Origin: an uncultured Alphaproteobacteria bacterium
GTDB lineage: Bacteria; Pseudomonadota; Alphaproteobacteria; Rhizobiales; Xanthobacteraceae
Length of the DNA stretch: 64,000 nucleotides
Direction: 5' to 3'
Assembly: GCA_963744275.1 (NCBI GenBank)
Contig: CAVUSX010000019.1
Span: 99,639-163,638 of the forward strand
A program made the translations under genes and the position numbers. Shown here one piece after another: positions 56,788-64,000 of this stretch (within the stretch, counting starts at the first letter, position 1; every line of letters begins with the position of its first letter). The notes under the pieces are model-generated. The model worked only from the letters and a program-made list of their open reading frames with translations. It was not told the origin of the DNA and searched no databases.

Positions 56788-57836
56788 ATGACTCAGCGCA
56801 TCACCATCCGGAAACCCGACGATTGGCACCTGCATGTGCGCGACGGCGCCATGCTCAAGGCGGTGCTGCCCTATACGGCCAGGCATTTCGGCCGCGCCAT
56901 CCTGATGCCCAATCTGGTGCCGCCGGTGACCACCACCGACGAGGCCATCGCGTACCGGCAGCGCGTCATGGCGGCGCTGCCGCCGGGCTCGACCTTCAAG
57001 CCGCTGATGACCTGCTATCTCACCGATGGCACCGATCCCGAACGACGTGGAGCGCGGCTTTCGCGAAGCGGGTGTTCACCGGCGTCAAATACTATCCGGC
57101 CCATGCCACCACCAATTCCGCCGCTGGCGTAACCGATCTTCGCAATATCATGCCGGTGCTGGAGCGCATGCAGAAGCTCGACATGCCGTTCCTGATGCAC
57201 GGCGAGGACGTGGACCCCGCCGTCGACATATTCGATCGCGAGAAGAGCTTCATCGATCGCTATCTGCAGAAATGGGTCAAGCAGTTCCCCGGCCTGCGCA
57301 TGATCCTGGAGCACCTGTCGTCCAAGAATGGCGTCGATTTCGTGCGCAGCGCCGCCCCGCAGGTCGGCGGCACCATCACGCCCTATCACATGATGCTCAC
57401 CCGCACCGACTGGCTCGGCTGGGGCCTCAAGCCCTACATGTATTGCATGCCGGTCATCAAGACCGAGCCCGATCGCCTGGCGCTGCGCAAGGCCGCGACC
57501 TCCGGGGAGGCCTGCTATTTCCTCGGCACCAATTCCGCCCCCCATCCGATGTCCCGCAAGGTGAACGTGAACGGCGTGCCGGGCTTGTTCAACGCTCCGG
57601 TCGCGCTCGAGACCTATGCACGGGTGTTCGAGGAGGAGGGCGCGCTCGACAAGCTCGAGGCCTTCGCGTCCCTCAACGGCCCCCGCCACTACCGCCTGCC
57701 GGTGAACGAGGGCACCATCACGCTCGAGCGCTCGCCCTGGACCGCGCCCGCCGAGATCGCGGTCGAGGGCCCCGACGAGCGGGCGCTGGTGTACCGCGGC
57801 GGCGAAACGATCGAGTGGCGGGTGGTGGAGAATTAG
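56788..57836 (+). pseudogene. pyrC: Dihydroorotase, homodimeric (E. coli PyrC) type, with two 1-nt frameshifts (likely sequencing artefacts)
   Basis: [20 protein letters not shown]...[10 protein letters not shown] (frame 1), [13 protein letters not shown] (frame 2), [15 protein letters not shown]...FLGTNSAPH... (frame 0). Collinear with E. coli PyrC throughout. Shifts at C-run 57037-57039 and at 57066-57073. Confidence 0.85.
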
Positions 57837-57840
57837 CCCT

Positions 57841-57974
57841 TGTAGCCCGCATGAAGCGCAGCGCAATGCGGGGCAGTGGTAGTAGCGAATCGCGAATAGC
57901 TGTAGCCCGCATGGAGCGCTTGCGAAATGCGGGACAGCCGACCCGGATTACGCGAGCGCTCCATCCGGGCTACA
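57841..57974. repeat. Two REP-type elements (TGTAGCCCGCATGAAGCG...; TGTAGCCCGCATGGAGCG...CGCTCCATCCGGGCTACA)
   Basis: The first unit (57841-57875) is a half element. The second (57901-57974) is a full palindrome. Confidence 0.75.
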
Positions 57975-58002
57975 GCCTGCAGCGTCAAGAGCGAGAACAA
58001 CA

Positions 58003-59484
58003 ATGTCAGAATACGATGTCATCGTCGTCGGCGCCGGCAACGCCGCGTTTTGCGCCGCCTTGGCGGCGCAGGAGCAAGGCGCCTCGGTGCTCATGCTGGA
58101 GGCGGCGCCCGAGCAGGAATCCGGCGGCAACAGCCGGTTCACGGCCGGCTCGATCCGCGTCGTCTACAACGGCGTCGAGGACATCAAGACGCTGGTCCCC
58201 GATCTGACGCAGGCCGAGATCGCCACCACCGATTTCGGCACCTACACGCAGGAGCAGTTCTTCGACGACATGGCGCGGGTGACCCAGCACCGCGCCGATC
58301 CCGATCTGGTCGAGCTGATGGTGACCCGCAGCTTCGACACGCTGTGCTGGATGCGCGACAAGGGCGTGCGCTTCATCCCGATCTACGGCCGCCAGGCCTT
58401 CAAGATCGACGGCAAGTTCAAGTTCTGGGGCGGCCTCACGGTGGAATCGGTCGGCGGCGGGCCGGGCCTGGTCAACATGCTGACCGAGGCGGCGAAAAAG
58501 CGCGGCATCGAGGTTCGTTATCAAGCCCGCGCGCTCGGTCTTCTCTACAACGGCTCGCGCATCGAGGGCGTGCGGGTGCGCAGCAACGAGCAGGTGAGCG
58601 AGGTGCGGGGCAAGTCGGTGGTGCTCGCCTGCGGCGGCTTCGAGGCCAATCCGGAATGGCGCACGCGCTATCTGGGCCCCGGCTGGGACCTCGCCAAGGT
58701 GCGGGGCAGCCGCTTCAACGCCGGCGACGGCATCCGCATGGCGCTCGAGATCGGCGCCAGCCCGCGCGGCAACTGGTCGGGCTGCCATGCGGTCGGCTGG
58801 GAGATGAACGCGCCCGAGTTCGGCGATCTCGCGGTCGGCGACCAGTTCCAGAAGCATTCCTATCCGTTCGCCATCATGGTCAACGCCACCGGCAAGCGCT
58901 TCGTCGACGAGGGCGCCGATTTCCGCAACTACACCTACGCCAAATACGGCCGCGTCATTCTGGAGCAGCCGGGCCAGTTCGCCTGGCAGATCTTCGACCA
59001 GAAGGTGAAGCACCTGCAGCGCGACGAATATCGCATCCGCCAGATCACCAAGGTGACGGCCGATACCATCGAGGAGCTGGCCAAGAAGCTCGACGGCGTC
59101 GATGCCGCCCAGTTCGTCAAGACCATCGCGGAATACAATGCGGCGGTGCGCCGGGACGTCCCGTTCAATCCCAACGTCAAGGACGGCCGCGGCACGCAGG
59201 GGCTCGCCATCAACAAGAGCAACTGGGCGAACACCTTCGACCAGCCGCCCTACGAAGCCTATGGGGTCACCTGCGGCATCACCTTCACGTTCGGCGGCTT
59301 GCGCATCAATACCGACGCGGAGGTGCTCAACACCGATTATCAGCCGATCCGCGGGCTCTATGCGGCCGGCGAATTGGTGGGCGGGATCTTCTACTTCAAC
59401 TATCCGGGCGGCTCCGGCCTCATCTCCGGCGCCGTCTTCGGCAAGATCGCCGGCACCTCGGCGGGACGCGCCTTGAAGAACTGA
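58003..59484 (+). CDS. FAD-dependent dehydrogenase, TcuA (tricarballylate dehydrogenase)-like, fumarate-reductase flavoprotein superfamily
   Basis: N-terminal dinucleotide fold YDVIVVGAGNAAFCAALAA. GGNSRFTAG, ACGGFEAN and a C-terminal GLYAAGE...GG motif. No tcuB or tcuC nearby. Confidence 0.7.
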   Translation: MSEYDVIVVGAGNAAFCAALAAQEQGASVLMLEAAPEQESGGNSRFTAGSIRVVYNGVEDIKTLVPDLTQAEIATTDFGTYTQEQFFDDMARVTQHRADPDLVELMVTRSFDTLCWMRDKGVRFIPIYGRQAFKIDGKFKFWGGLTVESVGGGPGLVNMLTEAAKKRGIEVRYQARALGLLYNGSRIEGVRVRSNEQVSEVRGKSVVLACGGFEANPEWRTRYLGPGWDLAKVRGSRFNAGDGIRMALEIGASPRGNWSGCHAVGWEMNAPEFGDLAVGDQFQKHSYPFAIMVNATGKRFVDEGADFRNYTYAKYGRVILEQPGQFAWQIFDQKVKHLQRDEYRIRQITKVTADTIEELAKKLDGVDAAQFVKTIAEYNAAVRRDVPFNPNVKDGRGTQGLAINKSNWANTFDQPPYEAYGVTCGITFTFGGLRINTDAEVLNTDYQPIRGLYAAGELVGGIFYFNYPGGSGLISGAVFGKIAGTSAGRALKN

Positions 59485-59491
59485 GAACGCC

Positions 59492-60778
59492 ATGGCGCGC
59501 CGCCTCAACGAGCTCTCGGCAACCGAGATCGCGCGCCGGGTCGCGGCCCGCGAAGCCACCGCCGAGGCGGTGGTGGCCGATTGCCTCGCCCGCATCGCAG
59601 CGCGCGAGCCGGTGGTTCACGCCTTCGCGCATGTGGATTCGGAGCTGGCACTACGGCAGGCGCGCGCGCTCGATCGCGGGCCGATCCGCGGTGCCCTGCA
59701 CGGGGTTCCGATCGGGATCAAGGACGTCATCGATACCGCCGACCAGCCGACCCAGATGGGATCGCCGATCTATGCGGGCCACCGCCCCGCCTGCGATGCC
59801 GCCTGCGTGGCGCTCCTGCGCGCCGCCGGCGCCGTCATCCTGGGCAAGACCGTCACCTGTGAATTCGCCGGCATGACGCCGGGGCCGACCACCAATCCGC
59901 ACGATGCAGCCCACACACCCGGCGGCTCCTCGAGCGGATCGGGGGCCGCGGTCGCCGATCTGATGCTGCCGGCGGCGCTCGGCACCCAGACCGGAGGCTC
60001 GGTGCTGCGGCCGGCCGCCTATTGCGGGGTGATCGGCTACAAGCCGACCTTCGGGGCCTTCAACCGGGCCGGCCTCAAGTTCGCGGCCGAGAGCCTCGAC
60101 ACCATCGGGTTGATGGCGCGCTCCCTCGACGACATCGCGCTCGTCACCTCTGTTCTGCTCGGCGGCCCGCCGGGTACGCCGCTCGCGCTCGGCTCGGCGC
60201 CCGCAATCGGATTGTGCCGCACGCCGCTGTGGGACACCGCGGAGCCCGAGACCAAGCATGCGGTCGAGGATGCGGCGGCGCGGCTGGCGCTGGCGGGCGC
60301 CGATGTGCGCGAGGTCGTGCTGCCCGCGGATTTCGCCGGCCTCAAGACCGCGGCGCGTGAGACCATCAACAACTACGAACGTTCCAAGAGCATGGCGGCC
60401 GAGTGGGCGAGCCACCGCGATCTGATCAGCCCCAAGCTCAGGCGCTGCATCGAGCTCGGCATGGCGATGCCCTACCAGGACTACCTGGCCGCGATCAGGC
60501 TCGGCGAAAGCTGCCGCGCGCGGCTCCCGGCGGTGCTCGAAGGCTTCGACATCCTGCTCACACCCTGCGTGCAGGGCGAGGCGCCCCTGGGCCTCGATTC
60601 GACCGGCGACCCCGGCTTCCAGGCGATCTGGACCATCCTGCACGTGCCGACCATGAGCCTGCCCACCCACACGGGCCCGAGCGGCCTGCCGGTGGGCATC
60701 CAGCTCATCGGCCGCCGCCACGACGACCAGCGTCTGCTCGCTTGTGCCCGATGGGTGTGGGAAAGGCTTGATTTGTAG
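59492..60778 (+). CDS. Amidase-signature family enzyme
   Basis: GVPIGIKDVIDT and the GGSSSGSGAAVA signature, followed by LGTQTGGSVLRPAAYCG. Confidence 0.85.
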   Translation: MARRLNELSATEIARRVAAREATAEAVVADCLARIAAREPVVHAFAHVDSELALRQARALDRGPIRGALHGVPIGIKDVIDTADQPTQMGSPIYAGHRPACDAACVALLRAAGAVILGKTVTCEFAGMTPGPTTNPHDAAHTPGGSSSGSGAAVADLMLPAALGTQTGGSVLRPAAYCGVIGYKPTFGAFNRAGLKFAAESLDTIGLMARSLDDIALVTSVLLGGPPGTPLALGSAPAIGLCRTPLWDTAEPETKHAVEDAAARLALAGADVREVVLPADFAGLKTAARETINNYERSKSMAAEWASHRDLISPKLRRCIELGMAMPYQDYLAAIRLGESCRARLPAVLEGFDILLTPCVQGEAPLGLDSTGDPGFQAIWTILHVPTMSLPTHTGPSGLPVGIQLIGRRHDDQRLLACARWVWERLDL

Positions 60779-60897
60779 GATGGGTTGAGTTCACAAGGGC
60801 GTTTACGCCCGTCTTCGCGGGCTATGCGAAACCCATCACGGGCCGCGCCCGGTGCGCTGCCGCCGATGGGTTTCGCAAGCGCTCAACCCATCCTACA
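60774..60897. repeat. 124-bp REP-type palindrome (TGTAGGATGGGTTGAG ... CTCAACCCATCCTACA) shared by two convergent genes
   Basis: The outer arms are perfect inverted repeats. The left arm contains the amidase TAG (60776-78). The right arm contains the dioxygenase-like TAG on the minus strand (60893-95). Confidence 0.8.
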
Positions 60898-61912
60898 GAG
60901 CCCTCTGATTGCCGTATTCCTCGATCAGCAGATCGAGCCGCCGCAGCACCTCGCGATCGCTCACCACGAACAAGGTGGCGCTGCCGCTGTCGCAACTGTG
61001 GCTGACCCAGTTGCCGTGCGGCATGCTGAAAATGTCCTTCGGCTGCCACGCAAAGGTCTCGTTGCCGACGCGGCTGGTGCCGCTGCCCTCCACCACCACG
61101 CCGACCGCATTGCTGGTGGTGCGATACGGGATGGTCTCGGTGCCGGCCGCGATGCGGGTCATGGTGCAATCCAGGAGCGCCATGACGGGGCCGCCGGTCA
61201 TCGGATTGACGTAGCGGATCTTGCGCGCGCCGTCGCGGGCGAGCGGAGCTGCGGCGAGCGCCTTGACCGACGCGGCCCACGGATAGCGGAACACCGGCGA
61301 ATAGCTCGCGGGCGCCTGCAATTCGGGAACGATATTGGGCACCGCGAAGGCCGCATCGTCGGTCGGCTCGGGCAGATTCTTGGGCGGCCCCGGCTCGAAC
61401 ACCGCCGTGCCCAGATATTGGTGCAGCGGCACATCGAGCGCATCGAACCACACGATCGGAGCGGTTCCATCATGCGAATGCTGGTGCCAGGACATGCCGG
61501 GCGTGATGATCAGGTCGCCCTCGGCCATCGCGCAGCGCTTGCCGTCCACCACCGTGGTGGCGCCGCCGCCTTCGAGCACGAAGCGCAGCGCATTGGGGGT
61601 ATGCCGATGCGGCCGCGCCAACTCGCCCGGCATCAGCACCTGCAGGCAGCCGTTGAGGTTGGTGGTGGTGTTGCGGCCCCCGATGGCATCCGGATTGGTG
61701 AGCGCGAGCACGCGGCGTTCCGCGTTCTCCATGCCGGTGACCTCGATCGCCTGGTCGATCAGCGGCCGCAGCACCCGCCACTTCCAGTGATAGGCCCGCG
61801 GCGTGGTGTCGGCCGGCTTGTGGGCGGTGGTCTCCCACAGCGGCGTGACATTGGCGTCCCGCCAAGCCTGGCGGATCGCGTCAAGCCGCGTTGCTGCGTC
61901 GCTCTGGCTCAT
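60893..61912 (-). CDS. Bicupin dioxygenase, gentisate 1,2-dioxygenase-like
   Basis: ATG at 61912 with GAGG upstream. LMPGELARPHRHTPNALRFVLEGGGATTVVDG is the GDO-type metal motif. A second cupin is present in the C-terminal half. Confidence 0.7.
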   Translation of the reverse strand: MSQSDAATRLDAIRQAWRDANVTPLWETTAHKPADTTPRAYHWKWRVLRPLIDQAIEVTGMENAERRVLALTNPDAIGGRNTTTNLNGCLQVLMPGELARPHRHTPNALRFVLEGGGATTVVDGKRCAMAEGDLIITPGMSWHQHSHDGTAPIVWFDALDVPLHQYLGTAVFEPGPPKNLPEPTDDAAFAVPNIVPELQAPASYSPVFRYPWAASVKALAAAPLARDGARKIRYVNPMTGGPVMALLDCTMTRIAAGTETIPYRTTSNAVGVVVEGSGTSRVGNETFAWQPKDIFSMPHGNWVSHSCDSGSATLFVVSDREVLRRLDLLIEEYGNQRAL

Positions 61913-61922
61913 GATTTTCAAA

Positions 61923-62032
61923 CCTCATCCTGAGGAGCCGTGCGGAGCACGGCGTCTCGAAGGATGGCCGCGCGTTCGTGCCCTGCATTCATCCTTCGAG
62001 ACGCGCGCGAGGGCGCGCTCCTCAGGATGAGG
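61923..62032. repeat. REP-type nested palindrome (CCTCATCCTGAGGAGC ... GCTCCTCAGGATGAGG)
   Basis: Outer inverted repeat at the ends. The inner inverted repeat is CGTCTCGAAGGATG / CATCCTTCGAGACG. Confidence 0.8.
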
Positions 62033-62129
62033 CTGTAGTGATCTTCGCGACCCTACAACGGCTTAAGCGGCGCGGTCTAACCCTATTTGCGAGACGCTTC
62101 ACGTTGGGCTGGAGGCCCTGCCCACCCGC

Positions 62130-62720
62130 TCATCCCCGCGGAGGCATCTGATCCGGGAACTTGATGATGAAATTGCCCTTGTTGGGCAATTTCACCTTCG
62201 GCAGCGACTGCGCGTCCATGCTGTCGTTCTCGCCGATGAACTTGTTGAGCGAGAAGATATAGGCGCACAGGGAATAGACCTCCTCGTTCGAGAGCGTGCG
62301 CGGCTGCGGCCAGGGCATGGCGCGCCGGATGTAGTCGAACACCGTGGTCGGGTCGGCCCAGAAATTGCCGATGGTCTTGTCGGCCTCGATGCCGGCCTCG
62401 GTCAGCGAGGGGGCGCCGACCAGCGTCCGCGACGAGCCGCCCTTGGCGCCCTCGCCGTGACAGGGCGCGCATTTCTGCGCGAAGATCATGGCGCCTTGGG
62501 CTGCGGTTCCGCTGCCGGGCGGCAGGTTGGTGCCGTCGGGCAGGATGGTGATGTTCCAGCCCTTGATGTCGGCCTCGGTGATCGGCTTGCCGAGGCCGGG
62601 CTTGCCGGGACTTTGATCACCGACGCTCGGCGCATCGGCGGCGAGGCCGGCGGGCGCACCCGCGAGCGTCAGCAACAGGGCGGCGGCCAGCGCCTTGCGG
62701 CGGCTCTCACGCGTAGACAT
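62130..62720 (-). CDS. sorB: Monoheme cytochrome c subunit of sulfite dehydrogenase (SorB-like)
   Basis: Signal peptide and a CAPCH heme motif. Overlaps the upstream molybdoenzyme gene by 14 nt. Confidence 0.65.
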   Translation of the reverse strand: MSTRESRRKALAAALLLTLAGAPAGLAADAPSVGDQSPGKPGLGKPITEADIKGWNITILPDGTNLPPGSGTAAQGAMIFAQKCAPCHGEGAKGGSSRTLVGAPSLTEAGIEADKTIGNFWADPTTVFDYIRRAMPWPQPRTLSNEEVYSLCAYIFSLNKFIGENDSMDAQSLPKVKLPNKGNFIIKFPDQMPPRG

Positions 62721-63993
62721 GCTTGATCTCCCCCTTGGCATCGATCCCCCAGCTGGTGAGGCTGTTGTAGTGGTTGTTGGGGAAGCCGAGCACGTTCGGC
62801 ACCGTTTTGGTCTGCCCGCGTTGGGCGATGAAATCCGCCCGCAGCGGCTGCACGTTGCCGGCCTCGTCCCAGGCGCGGCTGGTCAGGACCACGGGCTGGC
62901 CGTCCCAGCGCCACGGCATGCGAAAGCGCGTATAGGCCTTGGGATGGACCGGGCCCTGCAGCGCGGCTTCGCCCCAGCTCTTGCCGCCGTCGGCCGAGAC
63001 CAGGACCTTGGCGATGCGGCCGGTGCCCGAATAGGCGATGCCGGAGATATGATAGTAGCCCGGCTCCTTGAGCGCATAGCCGAACGAGGGCTGGGTGATG
63101 AAGGATTTGACCTCGTTGATGAAGTAGAACCGGTAGGCCTTGCCGTCCGGCAAGAGCGGCGAATAGTTGCGCTCCTCGTAGTAGCTCATGGCCGGCTGAT
63201 CGGTGAGCTGGATGCGGCGCACGAACTTGGTGTTCATGTTGCCTTCCCAGCCGGGCAGCAGGAGCCGCATCGGATAGCCGTTGCCGGGCATGATCCGCTC
63301 GCCGTTCTGGTAGAGCGCGATCATGGCGTCATCCATGCCCTTCTTGAGCGGGACGCTGCGGTCGATCGCGGCCGCATCGGCGCCCTCGGCCACGAACCAT
63401 TTGGCCTTGGGATCGACACCGGCTTCATCGAGCAGGATGGAGAGCGGCACGCCGGTCCATTCGGCGCAGGAGGACAGCCCATGCATCTGCTGCACGGTCG
63501 CCTGCAGCGGCTCCTTGGAGAACAGCGGCGCGCTGTTGCCGCCGCATTCCACGAAGTGCATGCGCGAGACCATCGGATAGCGCATCAGCTTGTCGAGCGT
63601 GAACTCCAGCGGCTGCCGCACCAGGCCGTGGATCACCAGCCGGTGCCGGTCGGGATCGATGTCCGGAATGCCGGTGTGCAGGATGGTGAAATGCAGCGGG
63701 TTGGGGGTGACGGTGCCGTTGAGCAGATGCAGCGGCGCGCGCGCATGCTGGGTGCGCGGCGCCCCGTCCGGATTGCTGAGCGTGCGCACGACCTTGTCCT
63801 CGAACCGCGAGCGCTGCTGCAAAACCGGGGTGACGGCGCCGGGACCCCGGCTCCAAGGATCGTCCGTGAGCGGCTCGGCGGCCGCGGCCGTGAGGCTGCC
63901 GGCGGCGCCGGTCGTGAGCGCGCCCGCGAACACGATGCCGCTTGCGAGCAGCGCGCGGCGATGCAACAGGCCGTTGCCGGCCACCGTCTCCAC
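62707..63993 (-). CDS. sorA: Sulfite dehydrogenase/oxidase-family molybdopterin subunit (SorA/SoxC-like)
   Basis: Tat leader LLHRRALLASGIVFAGAL. HFTILHTGIPDIDP, FVECGGNS, and Moco-binding and dimerisation-domain blocks. The GTG at 63993 is the last start inside the window, and the true start could lie beyond the edge. Confidence 0.75.
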   Translation of the reverse strand: METVAGNGLLHRRALLASGIVFAGALTTGAAGSLTAAAAEPLTDDPWSRGPGAVTPVLQQRSRFEDKVVRTLSNPDGAPRTQHARAPLHLLNGTVTPNPLHFTILHTGIPDIDPDRHRLVIHGLVRQPLEFTLDKLMRYPMVSRMHFVECGGNSAPLFSKEPLQATVQQMHGLSSCAEWTGVPLSILLDEAGVDPKAKWFVAEGADAAAIDRSVPLKKGMDDAMIALYQNGERIMPGNGYPMRLLLPGWEGNMNTKFVRRIQLTDQPAMSYYEERNYSPLLPDGKAYRFYFINEVKSFITQPSFGYALKEPGYYHISGIAYSGTGRIAKVLVSADGGKSWGEAALQGPVHPKAYTRFRMPWRWDGQPVVLTSRAWDEAGNVQPLRADFIAQRGQTKTVPNVLGFPNNHYNSLTSWGIDAKGEIKHVYA

Positions 63994-64000
63994 GCCGGGA

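Noticed and set aside
1-64000. tRNA, rRNA, tmRNA, transposase/IS, integrase, prophage or toxin-antitoxin modules.
   Set aside because: Scanning intergenic regions by eye gave no tRNA-like T-arm/acceptor patterns. No ORF shows a transposase, integrase or phage structural signature apart from the 14-aa tube-like stretch at 2702-2743. Absence cannot be proven without covariance-model tools.

Overview
High-GC (by eye about two-thirds G+C) alphaproteobacterial chromosomal segment. The intergenic palindromic REP-type elements (TGTAGCCCGCATGGAGCG..., TGTAGGATGGGTTGAG..., CCTCATCCTGAGGAGC..., TGTAGGGTGGGCAAAGG...) are of the kind I associate with Bradyrhizobiaceae/Nitrobacteraceae. I can support about 55 protein-coding genes or gene remnants. 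I saw no rRNA, tRNA, CRISPR array, transposase or integrase. Contents, in order: Bug/TctC-family solute receptors (2 intact, 2 remnants); outer-membrane porins; OsmC; a cytochrome P460-family protein; a MarR-DUF1772 pair; a tight four-gene operon (orphan Rieske protein, divergent Lgt-family transferase, Tes/GDGT-MAS-like radical SAM enzyme, small membrane protein); a DUF899-DUF2182 operon with a PucR-type regulator; an M23 peptidase; an ABC-2/GldG/DUF4340 operon; an HWE kinase; htpG; a two-component signalling island (35.3-47.4 kb) holding a KaiC-like double-RecA ATPase translationally coupled to a pseudo-receiver histidine kinase; an MsbA-like ABC exporter; a PyrK/PyrD(class 1B)-like pair next to pyrC; TcuA-like, amidase and gentisate-dioxygenase-like genes; and sorAB-like sulfite dehydrogenase. 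The two most interesting loci are the Rieske/Lgt-like/radical-SAM operon (12.2-15.2 kb) and the KaiB-less KaiC-like signalling module (43.7-47.4 kb). At least 11 single-nucleotide frameshifts, most where localisable in short homopolymer runs, interrupt otherwise well-conserved genes including pyrC. This looks more like sequencing or assembly error than true decay. All family assignments come from reading the translations by eye, with no searches run.
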